The notes: a model not told the origin generated them from the sequence alone. A DNA stretch of 40,000 nucleotides from Geothrix sp. (GCF_030219325.1 NZ_CP126625.1:692857-732856); one strand, 5' to 3'; positions 16,848 to 24,300 are shown, numbered from the stretch's first letter. Numbers and translations: made by a program.

Positions 16848-17234
16848 TTACAGATGTGCATGGCATAGGGCCCTCCCCTCCAATCTACGGTTTGGACAGC
16901 CAGCCCAGGTGCAAGGCTCCTCCGAGAATCCGTTATTGCCAAGCACAAGTAGGAACTGTCGTGTTGAGCGTGCCTTCTGAATGGAAGGAAGTTCATCGGT
17001 TTTGAACGCAAAGCCGGGTTCCAAGTCCTCCTCTGGAAAGACCTCGATGTACCAGCGTTGACCACATAAAGAGCAGCGGTAGTCAGTCGACCCAAAGGCC
17101 AGAGGTGGCTCGAATGGGCCGGTTGGTAGGCCCTCAAAATAATTCTGGAAATTCCTCACACCAGCATCGCTGGTGAATGCGCCGGGGAATTGAGGGTCGA
17201 TTAAGCAAGCTGGGAGTGAATCACAATTACACAT
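16848..17234 (-). CDS. Cassette ORF: Cys-rich cytoplasmic protein (128 aa)
   Basis: MCNCDSLPAC..., CSLCGQRWY, CTWAGCPNRRLEGRALCHAHL at the C-terminus. Possible metal-binding knuckles; no family recognised. Confidence 0.55.
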   Translation of the reverse strand: MCNCDSLPACLIDPQFPGAFTSDAGVRNFQNYFEGLPTGPFEPPLAFGSTDYRCSLCGQRWYIEVFPEEDLEPGFAFKTDELPSIQKARSTRQFLLVLGNNGFSEEPCTWAGCPNRRLEGRALCHAHL

Positions 17235-17238
17235 GGCT

Positions 17239-17362
17239 GCCTAACGAACCAGGCTAACCGGCCCCGCCTGCACCGAGGCGCTGAGCGGAGCCGAGGAAGC
17301 GGGAAGCTGAGAGAGAACGGGAGGCAATGCAGGCGGGGTCCGAGTTGAGCCGAGGGTTAGGC
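17239..17362 (-). repeat. attC site (subtype C)
   Basis: 124 bp, GCCTAAC...GTTAGGC. Confidence 0.9.
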
Positions 17363-17400
17363 CGACGGGAAGGCTTGCTGGTATTGCACCACACACGGGG

Positions 17401-17709
17401 CTAGTCCTCTGCACTAAGCACACAGACAAACTCTAAATCGGAGATAGATTTATGGAGCGGCTTCAGGGGAGCGGTTGAGCCTTTGAGAATATAGAAGTAG
17501 AAAGGGAAATCCTTCATGGATTCGACGAACACCTCGGAATGGTTTTGGACGAACAGAATCTCTGATTGAGCGTGGGAGAACTTGAAATACTCACCACCCC
17601 CGAGATTTAGACCATCTCGTAGCTCCATTCCGTAGTCAGGCAAGCACTCCTGCTTGACCAAAGCGGCTAATTCATTGAAGGTGCGCTCACTTTTTACGAA
17701 CAGCTTCAT
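17401..17709 (-). CDS. Cassette ORF: small cytoplasmic protein (102 aa)
   Basis: Fills the cassette; no signal peptide; no family recognised. Confidence 0.55.
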   Translation of the reverse strand: MKLFVKSERTFNELAALVKQECLPDYGMELRDGLNLGGGEYFKFSHAQSEILFVQNHSEVFVESMKDFPFYFYILKGSTAPLKPLHKSISDLEFVCVLSAED

Positions 17710-17717
17710 GTTTGGCG

Positions 17718-17841
17718 GCCTAACGAATGAAGCTAAGCGGCCCCGCCTGCACCGAGGCGATGAGCGGAGCCGGGATAGCGGAATGCTGAGAGAGAGCGGA
17801 GGGCAATGCAGGCGGGGTCCGACTTGAGCGGAGGGTTAGGC
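17718..17841 (-). repeat. attC site (subtype A)
   Basis: 124 bp, GCCTAAC...GTTAGGC. Confidence 0.9.
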
Positions 17842-17847
17842 TGCCGA

Positions 17848-18369
17848 TCACTTCGAGCGAGGAATGCTTTCAGGGTGAAGGCGCCTCAAAATGTCTTGGA
17901 GATGCCCACCTTTGGGATAGTAGAAATCTACGAACACGCAATTTCCATTTTCAACGGCTACCTGGGGGGTAACAGCCAGACTGCCACGCTTTCCCTTTCT
18001 GTCTCGAGTGAAGACTTCTACCCAATATAAACCCTGCCATTTCCGAATACTTCCAACCATGTATGAAGGGGCTGGATCTTGCGTGTTCAGGAATGGATCA
18101 AAGTCGAGCCCGTCTATCTCCCCTTTCGCAGCTGCTTGAGCCTCTGCGTCTTTCTTCAGCTCTTTAAGAAGGAATGGATGAAATAGCTCAGGCTTTCTTC
18201 TAAGTGCAATGTTCGAAGATGGCTCCTTTTGATCTGCCAATGCAAGCGGAACATACCAGTCGTAAAATCCGGTTACTACTTTTCGAATGAGATCCTCGGT
18301 TGGATCGGCAAAGCAGTTCTGGCCCACGGAGAAGGCCATGATTACCGGAAGGAGGATTGCTCGATTCAT
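17848..18369 (-). CDS. Cassette ORF: secreted protein, DUF3828-like
   Basis: Signal peptide. VVTGFYDWYVP and GLDFDPFLNTQDP resemble remembered DUF3828 motifs (moderate or low confidence for the family call). Confidence 0.65.
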   Translation of the reverse strand: MNRAILLPVIMAFSVGQNCFADPTEDLIRKVVTGFYDWYVPLALADQKEPSSNIALRRKPELFHPFLLKELKKDAEAQAAAKGEIDGLDFDPFLNTQDPAPSYMVGSIRKWQGLYWVEVFTRDRKGKRGSLAVTPQVAVENGNCVFVDFYYPKGGHLQDILRRLHPESIPRSK

Positions 18370-18377
18370 GCGAAGCA

Positions 18378-18501
18378 GCCTAACGAATGAAGCTCACCGG
18401 CCCCGCCTGCACCGAGGCGCTGAGCGAAGCCGAGGAAGCAGGAAGATGAGAGAGAGCGGAAGGCAATGCAGGCGGGGTCCGAGTGGAGCGGAGGGTTAGG
18501 C
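18378..18501 (-). repeat. attC site (subtype B)
   Basis: 124 bp, GCCTAAC...GTTAGGC. Confidence 0.9.
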
Positions 18502-18528
18502 GGCGGGACCGGAGTTCGGGTTTGATTT

Positions 18529-18819
18529 TCAATCGAGTGATTTCAATAACCTGTTGAAGCCGAAAAATATGGCGGCAGCAGACAAAATCAGCATGGTCGA
18601 GTTTACGCCGACTCCAACATAGAAATCCGATGGATCGTCTGCACGTGAATAGTAGAAGGGGCGCCCCACTTTACTGACCCCCTGATAAACCTGGGTCGAA
18701 ATGCATTCTTTGAGTCGACGCCCAAAAACGAATGCGCCGAATGGACCCGCCGCAAGCGCGAACACAGCAACAGTGAAGCTTTTGGTTGCTCCCGAATCCT
18801 TGATGTTGGTGTCTGCCAT
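18529..18819 (-). CDS. Cassette ORF: small membrane protein (96 aa, 2 TM)
   Basis: Helices FTVAVFALAAGPFGAFVFG and VNSTMLILSAAAIFFGF. Confidence 0.55.
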   Translation of the reverse strand: MADTNIKDSGATKSFTVAVFALAAGPFGAFVFGRRLKECISTQVYQGVSKVGRPFYYSRADDPSDFYVGVGVNSTMLILSAAAIFFGFNRLLKSLD

Positions 18820-18827
18820 TGTTTGGC

Positions 18828-18951
18828 GCCTAACGAATGAAGCTCACCGGCCCCGCCTGCACCGAGGCGTTGAACGAAGCCGAGGAAGCGAGAAGATGAG
18901 AGAGAACGAAAGGCAACGCAGGCGGGGTCCGAGTGCAGCGGAGGGTTAGGC
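18828..18951 (-). repeat. attC site (subtype B)
   Basis: 124 bp, GCCTAAC...GTTAGGC. Confidence 0.9.
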
Positions 18952-19527
18952 GTCGGGGAACAGTTCGGTAGATCCAGACCACCCATCAACATAGAGACCG
19001 AATGCATCTTCAGGTGGAATCGCCTGGGTAAGGATTGTTTTTATTTGGATGACAGTTTCAACGGCACGTTTTGCGTTGGCGAGAGTAACTTGCTTTTCAA
19101 GCTTAGACTCTGGCATATCAAATAAACGCTTATCATGTTGTTCTTGAGTAAGTGTAACTTCTTCAACTACATTTTCAGGTTTTGCATGTGCAATCTGATT
19201 ACGGAATTTGATTAACCAACGAGCCGATACCCAAGGTTCAGATTCCTTGGTGAATTCGATATTCAGATGCTTGGTTAGCAGACGAAGTTTTGCTATCGGG
19301 GAGCCACTTTCAAAGTCTTGCCAATCTAGAATTATTCTCTCACCTATGGTGTTACACAATGATTCAACCGCGAGGGAAGAGAATGTAATGGCTACAAGCA
19401 TGTTGTACATATAGCCTGGGCTCTTTTGTTCTGCTGCCTCGCATGCTCGAAAGGCAGTGCTGATTAACATGTGGTGAGCGGAAAAGGGCCGCTCTTGCTT
19501 GCGCTTCAACATGCGTGGCTTGGTCAT
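18946..19527 (-). CDS. Cassette ORF: all-helical protein with HEPN-type Rx4H motif (193 aa)
   Basis: WLIKFRNQIAHAKP, with RNQIAH encoded at 19186-19203 (CGT AAT CAG ATT GCA CAT on the minus strand). TAA stop lies inside the attC core 18945-18951. Confidence 0.6.
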   Translation of the reverse strand: MTKPRMLKRKQERPFSAHHMLISTAFRACEAAEQKSPGYMYNMLVAITFSSLAVESLCNTIGERIILDWQDFESGSPIAKLRLLTKHLNIEFTKESEPWVSARWLIKFRNQIAHAKPENVVEEVTLTQEQHDKRLFDMPESKLEKQVTLANAKRAVETVIQIKTILTQAIPPEDAFGLYVDGWSGSTELFPDA

Positions 19528-19532
19528 GAGAC

Positions 19533-19656
19533 GCCTAACGAATGAAGCTAAGCGGCCACGCCTGCACCGAGACGATGAGCGGAGCCGAGATAGCGAAATG
19601 TTGAGAGAGAGCGGAAGGCAATGCAGGCGGGGTCCGACTTGAGCGGAGGGTTAGGC
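19533..19656 (-). repeat. attC site (subtype A)
   Basis: 124 bp, GCCTAAC...GTTAGGC. Confidence 0.9.
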
Positions 19657-19681
19657 AACCGGAGCGTTTGCCCAAAGTGTA

Positions 19682-20098
19682 CTAATAAATTTTACGACCA
19701 TGTTCGCCCCATGTGGTTTTTTCGAACCGCCTGTTTTGGAATCGGACCATTCCATCGCCCAATTCCACCTCTTCTGTTTTGAGGTCAAAGACCTGGCCGT
19801 TTGGACTTAGGAAGAGAATCTTCCTTTGTTTGAGTTTAGATGTGGTCGCGTCGAGGATGAATATCGAGTTGTCTCGGTACGAATACCCCTCGTATTTGAA
19901 CCCATCCATCCCGAAGCCGAACTCATCAGTAAAATTACTTTCCCATAAATTGGTATTTGGCCGGTCTGGGTGGCTCTTGGTGAGCCCGATCGATTTACGG
20001 TCATGGAGGTCGAAGGATTTATTGCAGGAGACACACAATGCTGTGATTGCTATTACCGGAATCGCGATCGAGCATTGGCGTTCGTGAAATGTCATCAT
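19682..20098 (-). CDS. Cassette ORF: putative lipoprotein (138 aa)
   Basis: Signal/lipobox-like IAIPVIAITALCVSC. Confidence 0.6.
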   Translation of the reverse strand: MMTFHERQCSIAIPVIAITALCVSCNKSFDLHDRKSIGLTKSHPDRPNTNLWESNFTDEFGFGMDGFKYEGYSYRDNSIFILDATTSKLKQRKILFLSPNGQVFDLKTEEVELGDGMVRFQNRRFEKTTWGEHGRKIY

Positions 20099-20118
20099 GG
20101 CACTCCACTCAATGGGTT

Positions 20119-20242
20119 GCCTAACGAATGAAGCTAAGCGGCCACGCCTGCACCGAGACGGTGAACGGAGCCGTGATAGCGAAATGCTGAGAGAGAGCGG
20201 AAGGCAATGCAGGCGGGGTCCGACTTGAGCGAGAGGTTAGAC
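20119..20242 (-). repeat. attC site (subtype A; core GTTAGAC)
   Basis: 124 bp, GCCTAAC...GTTAGAC. Confidence 0.85.
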
Positions 20243-20257
20243 GCCCAGTCGAGATGT

Positions 20258-20722
20258 TCATACAACCGGTATTTCAGGCCAGAGTGTAGATCGAAAGGCT
20301 TTGATGGACACGCCATATGGTAGGGCAATACCTTCGCTACCTTTAAGGAAACGCCAAAGCGGGGCCTTGCCTGGACGCCTTGAGGCGGAATTCGGCCCCT
20401 CCTCTATGATTGGAACCGATTCAATCAGGATGGAATCGTTGGCAGGAACCCGAACGAGTGTGAATTGAGTTAGCCCAGGCAGTGCGGAGAGCCAACGATC
20501 AAAATCAGCCTCTGGAATCGAAACCGACACACGAACGAATTCCGGTTTTTGATTCGCCCCCAGAGAAACTTGAAGCAGGATGTCGGTAGAGCAAACCCCG
20601 TTCATTGGGACTTGGAACCAATGAATTGCGACAGCCTTGCCCTTGATAACCCTTGTTTCTGTTTCACCACAACTGCCGATATGGCAGACGATGACAGTAA
20701 GGAATAGGGCGAGTGGTCTCAT
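20258..20722 (-). CDS. Cassette ORF: secreted/lipoprotein-like protein (154 aa)
   Basis: Signal peptide MRPLALFLTVIVCHIGSC. Confidence 0.6.
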   Translation of the reverse strand: MRPLALFLTVIVCHIGSCGETETRVIKGKAVAIHWFQVPMNGVCSTDILLQVSLGANQKPEFVRVSVSIPEADFDRWLSALPGLTQFTLVRVPANDSILIESVPIIEEGPNSASRRPGKAPLWRFLKGSEGIALPYGVSIKAFRSTLWPEIPVV

Positions 20723-20726
20723 GGGC

Positions 20727-20850
20727 GGCTAACGAATGAAGCTCACCGGCCCCGCCTGCACCGAGGCGCTGAACGAAGCCGAGGAAGCGAGAAGCTGAGA
20801 GAGAACGGAAGGCAATGCAGGCGGGGTCCGAGTGCAGCGCAAGGTTAGGG
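20727..20850 (-). repeat. attC site (subtype B; GGCTAAC...GTTAGGG)
   Basis: 124 bp. attC of the first (attI-proximal) cassette. Confidence 0.9.
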
Positions 20851-20853
20851 CGA

Positions 20854-21201
20854 TCAATAGGGTTTGATTTGATTCCATTCTTTGCGCTTGTATCGGGACC
20901 ACATAGAACGAGCAATTATGAAGCGTGTGCCAAAAAATGTGAGGAGGAGTACGGCCGCGACTGCAGGTGTTGTCCGCCAAGGCCTAACAAGGTACCCGAC
21001 AAGTAAAGCTGTAGCTAACCCACCTAGAAAACTGGACCAGACAAGAGTTGTTAGCTCGCCATAGAGAATCCCAGCACGAGCCGCCAGGTCATTTTCTTCA
21101 TTCCATCCCGGCCGCCAAAAAACCAATTCACCGGCAATCGCCGAGAACCGTCTTGCTGGCTTAATGCCCGGTGATGTGATGTAGCGGTGCTCGAATGGCA
21201 T
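20854..21201 (-). CDS. First cassette ORF: membrane protein (115 aa, 2 TM)
   Basis: Helices LTTLVWSSFLGGLATALLVGYLV and AVAAVLLLTFFGTRFII. Its start lies 7 nt from the attI crossover core. Confidence 0.55.
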   Translation of the reverse strand: MPFEHRYITSPGIKPARRFSAIAGELVFWRPGWNEENDLAARAGILYGELTTLVWSSFLGGLATALLVGYLVRPWRTTPAVAAVLLLTFFGTRFIIARSMWSRYKRKEWNQIKPY

Positions 21202-21207
21202 CGAGAG

Positions 21208-21415
21208 CCCTAACTAGTAATTGGACGACGGGGTGGGGGTGGGGTGGAGTTCGCCTATTCGGGAGACGGGGGGGAGCTGGTTGGGTTCGGTCGGTGGGGG
21301 GATAGGCGAACTGCGGAGGGGGCTTGACTGGCGAAAAAAAAGCGATAGATTGTTGTATCTCGGGGAGATAAGGAGGGCTTAGGTCGTCCTTAGTTTACTG
21401 CAATAGGCGAACTGC
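21208..21415 (-). promoter_or_regulatory. attI region (crossover core GTTAGGG plus three ATAGGCGAAC motifs)
   Basis: CCCTAAC at 21208-21214 equals GTTAGGG on the cassette strand, at the junction with cassette 1. GTTCGCCTAT lies at 21249-21258 (inverted), and ATAGGCGAACTGC at 21302-21314 and 21403-21415. The extent of attI is inferred. Confidence 0.6.
21324..21351 (+). promoter_or_regulatory. Candidate sigma70-type promoter for intI
   Basis: TTGACT (21324-21329), 16-nt A-rich spacer, TAGATT (21346-21351). Sits about 85 nt upstream of the intI ATG. Confidence 0.4.
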
Positions 21416-21434
21416 AAGGGCGGGGCGGCGGGGC

Positions 21435-22448
21435 ATGGTGAACCTGAATAGGCAGACCGGTGGAAGGCGGATGGAGGGCCCCCATTCGAGCCCGCCCCGG
21501 CTGTTCGACCTGGTGCGCGAAGCCATCCGGATCCGGCACTACAGCTTGCGGACCGAGGATGCCTACGTGGACTGGGCGCGCCGCTTCATCCTGTTCCACG
21601 GGAAGCGGCACCCGCGCGACCTGGGGGCGCCGGAGGTGCAGGCCTTCCTCTCCCACCTGGCCGTCGACCGGCGGGTGGCGGCCTCCACCCAGAACCAGGC
21701 GAAGGCCGCCCTGATCTTCCTCTACAAGGAGGTGCTGGCCGTCGACCTGCCCTGGCTGGCGGACGTGGTGCATGCCAAGCGGCAGCCCAGGCTGCCGGTG
21801 GTCCTGACGCCCGCGGAGGTGCGCGTCCTCCTGGACCAGATGGAGGGCGTGATGGGCCTGGTGGCGCGGCTGCTCTACGGCACGGGCATGCGGCTGATGG
21901 AAGGGCTGCGGCTGAGGGTGAAGGATCTGGATTTCGTGGGGCGGGAGCTGGTGGTCCGCGAGGGGAAGGGCGGCAAGGACCGGGTGACGGTGCTGCCCGC
22001 CAGTCTGGTGGCCCCGCTGCGCGCGCACCTGGAGCAGGTGCGGACCCTGCACGCCTCGGACCTGGCCGAGGGCTTCGGCGAGGTCCTCCTGCCCGACGCC
22101 CTGGCCTCGAAGTACCCGGCCGCCGCGCGGCAGTGGGGGTGGCAGTGGGTCTTCCCCTCGGCCCTGCGCTCGGCGGATCCGCGCACGGGTGCCATCCGCC
22201 GCCACCACCTGCACGCGGAGAGCGTCCAGAAGGCCGTGCGGCTGGCCGCCCGCGCCGGCGAGCTGGCCAAGCCGGTGACGCCGCACGTGCTGCGGCACAG
22301 CTTCGCCACGCACCTGCTGGCGGCGGGCCACGACATCCGCACGGTGCAGGAGCTGCTGGGGCACGCGGACGTGGAGACGACCATGATCTACACGCACGTG
22401 CTGAACCGCGGCGGCCGCGGCGTGGCGAGCCCGCTCGACGGGCTGTAG
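21435..22448 (+). CDS. intI: Integron integrase IntI (tyrosine recombinase)
   Basis: [83 protein letters not shown] (integron-specific insertion), [52 protein letters not shown]. All catalytic R..HxxR..H..Y positions are present. Start is 21435 or 21471. Confidence 0.92.
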   Translation: MVNLNRQTGGRRMEGPHSSPPRLFDLVREAIRIRHYSLRTEDAYVDWARRFILFHGKRHPRDLGAPEVQAFLSHLAVDRRVAASTQNQAKAALIFLYKEVLAVDLPWLADVVHAKRQPRLPVVLTPAEVRVLLDQMEGVMGLVARLLYGTGMRLMEGLRLRVKDLDFVGRELVVREGKGGKDRVTVLPASLVAPLRAHLEQVRTLHASDLAEGFGEVLLPDALASKYPAAARQWGWQWVFPSALRSADPRTGAIRRHHLHAESVQKAVRLAARAGELAKPVTPHVLRHSFATHLLAAGHDIRTVQELLGHADVETTMIYTHVLNRGGRGVASPLDGL

Positions 22449-22560
22449 CCGCCGGAACGGTGTGGGGGGCCGCTTCTAAACGGAACCCCGGGCCGGGCGT
22501 AGGCCTTCCCAGATACCCTGGCCCTGCCATGTCCAGACACCCGCTTCCCGGAGGGAACCC

Positions 22561-23901
22561 ATGAAGGTCCGACCCCCTGTCCTGGGCCTGAGCCTTTGCC
22601 TGCTGCTGTCGGCGGGCCTGAAGGCGGCCGAACCGAAGGCGCCCGCGCCACCGGCGCCGGCGGTGCTGACCGTGCCGCCGGAGGCCCAGCCGGGGCCGGC
22701 CTTCAGCGTGGACGCCGCCACCGAGGCCTACCTGGCCCAGATGCCGCCGGGGGCCAAGGCGCGATCCGACGCCTATTTCGAAGGTGGCTACTGGCTGATC
22801 CTCTGGGATTTCCTCGTGGCCTCCGCGATCTCGCTGCTGCTGCTGACCCGGGGCTGGTCGGCCCGCATGCGCCAGCGGGCCGAGCGCATCACCCGCTTCC
22901 GCTACGCGCAGGCGCTGCTCTACTGGGTGCAGTACGTGGGCCTCACCTACCTGCTCAGCTTCCCGCTGGTGGCCTTCGAGGGCTTCTTCCGCGAGCACCG
23001 GTACGGCCTGTCCACCCAGACCTTCGGCGCCTGGCTGGGGGACGAGGCCAAGGGCCTGCTGGTCACCGCGCTGCTGGGCGGCCTCGCCGTGGCCCTGCTC
23101 TTCACCATCGTGCGGCGCCTGACGCGGACCTGGTGGATCTGGGGCGCCGTGGCCTCCCTGGCGATCATGGTCGTCGGCATCCTCATCGGGCCGGTCTTCC
23201 TGCAGCCGATCTTCAACACGCCCAAAAAGCTGGATGATCCCCGGCTCACGGCGCCGATCCTCAGCCTGGCGCGGGCCAACGGCATTCCGGTACATGACGT
23301 CTACCAGATCGACGCCTCGAAGCAGACCAACCGGATGAGCGCCAACGTGAGCGGCTTCGCCGGCACCATGCGCATCACGCTCAACGACAACCTCATCCGG
23401 CGCGGCGCGCCCGAGGAGATCCAGGCGGTGATGGGCCACGAGATGGGCCACTACGTGCTGAACCACATCCCGAAGATGATCACCTTCCTCGTCATCGTGA
23501 TCGTCGCGATGTTCGCCCTGCTGCGCTGGGCCCTGGCCTGGTCCCTGGCGCGCTGGGGCGGGGGCTGGGGCATCCGGGACGTGGCCGATCCCGCCATCCT
23601 GCCTCTGGTGACGCTGGTGATGGGCCTCTTCTTCTTCGCCCTCACGCCGGTCCTCAACACCTTCATCCGCACGCAGGAGCACGAGGCGGATCGGTACGGC
23701 GTCGCCGCCAGCCGCCAGCCGGACGGTTTCGCCCTGGCCGCCCTCCACCTCGGCGAGTACCGCAAGATGAGCCCCACGCCCCTGGAGGAGTTCCTCTTCT
23801 ACGACCACCCCAGCGGCCGCAACCGCATCCACCGCGCCATGGAATGGAAGGCCGAGAACCAGCAGCTGTTCGCCCCGGCGCCGGCGGCACCGAAGGAGTA
23901 A
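22561..23901 (+). CDS. M48-family (Ste24/HtpX-like) zinc metallopeptidase, membrane-bound
   Basis: Signal/TM helices, HEMGH (AVMGHEMGHYVLNH), downstream EHEADRYG. GGAGGG RBS. Confidence 0.8.
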   Translation: MKVRPPVLGLSLCLLLSAGLKAAEPKAPAPPAPAVLTVPPEAQPGPAFSVDAATEAYLAQMPPGAKARSDAYFEGGYWLILWDFLVASAISLLLLTRGWSARMRQRAERITRFRYAQALLYWVQYVGLTYLLSFPLVAFEGFFREHRYGLSTQTFGAWLGDEAKGLLVTALLGGLAVALLFTIVRRLTRTWWIWGAVASLAIMVVGILIGPVFLQPIFNTPKKLDDPRLTAPILSLARANGIPVHDVYQIDASKQTNRMSANVSGFAGTMRITLNDNLIRRGAPEEIQAVMGHEMGHYVLNHIPKMITFLVIVIVAMFALLRWALAWSLARWGGGWGIRDVADPAILPLVTLVMGLFFFALTPVLNTFIRTQEHEADRYGVAASRQPDGFALAALHLGEYRKMSPTPLEEFLFYDHPSGRNRIHRAMEWKAENQQLFAPAPAAPKE

Positions 23902-23911
23902 CCTTCCTCCC

Positions 23912-24283
23912 ATGCACGTGTCCGACCGCGCCTTCCGCAGGCTGGTGGACGAGGCGCTGGCCCTCGTCCCGGCGGAGTTCCGGCCCTACCTGGCGGGCGT
24001 GCCGGTGGTCATCGAGGACTGGGCGCCGGACGCGCTGCTGGACGAGCTGGGCATCCCGGAGGACGACACGCTCTACGGCCTGTACTCGGGCCGTTCCCTG
24101 ACGGAGGGCCCGCCCGAGCCCGGCGACCTGCCGCCCCGCATCACCATCTACCGGGGCCCTCTGTTGGAGGACTGCGAGGACGAGGCGGACCTGCGCGACG
24201 AGATCGCCACCACCGTCATCCACGAGCTCGCCCACCACTTCGGCATCGACGAGGACCGGCTGGAGGAGCTGGGCTGGGGGTGA
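23912..24283 (+). CDS. Zincin-like metallopeptidase family protein (DUF1025-type)
   Basis: VVIEDWAP..., ITIYRGPL..., TVIHELAHHFGIDEDRLEELG: small zincin HExxH protein. Confidence 0.7.
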   Translation: MHVSDRAFRRLVDEALALVPAEFRPYLAGVPVVIEDWAPDALLDELGIPEDDTLYGLYSGRSLTEGPPEPGDLPPRITIYRGPLLEDCEDEADLRDEIATTVIHELAHHFGIDEDRLEELGWG

Positions 24284-24300
24284 TGCCTGGAGACTGACCC

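Larger units (their letters stand above)
8449..22448. mobile_element. Sedentary chromosomal integron: intI, attI and about 22-cassette array
   Basis: An integron-type tyrosine recombinase gene (+) sits next to a region holding 21 attC sites of about 124 bp (GCCTAAC...GTTAGGC) that separate short minus-strand ORFs. The region is visibly AT-richer than both flanks, and intI and the cassettes are divergent. Confidence 0.9.

Noticed and set aside
9214-20850. Regularly spaced direct repeats that could be mistaken for a CRISPR array
   Set aside because: The repeats are about 124 bp (CRISPR repeats are 23-50 bp). The intervening segments are 250-1100 bp and contain ORFs. The repeats carry RYYYAAC/GTTRRRY boxes and sit next to an integron integrase. 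No cas genes are present.
21218-21300. G-runs in attI (GGGGTGGGGGTGGGGTGG, GGGGGGG, GGGGGG) as a possible G-quadruplex
   Set aside because: Only three runs of at least three G are contiguous, and the genome is GC-rich. Biological relevance cannot be judged without biophysical data or conservation.
21215-21440. Search for a cassette promoter (Pc) on the minus strand and a LexA/SOS box near intI
   Set aside because: The best minus-strand hexamer pair (TTGCAG ... TAAACT) has a 14-nt spacer. No CTGT-N8-ACAG or GAAC-N4-GTTC box is present. Pc may lie within intI or use a non-canonical consensus.
21586-23913. 775-aa minus-strand ORF overlapping intI and the M48 peptidase gene
   Set aside because: The translation is Arg/Gly/Pro/Ala-rich and low complexity. 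It lies antisense to two genes with clear family motifs, a typical high-GC antisense artefact.
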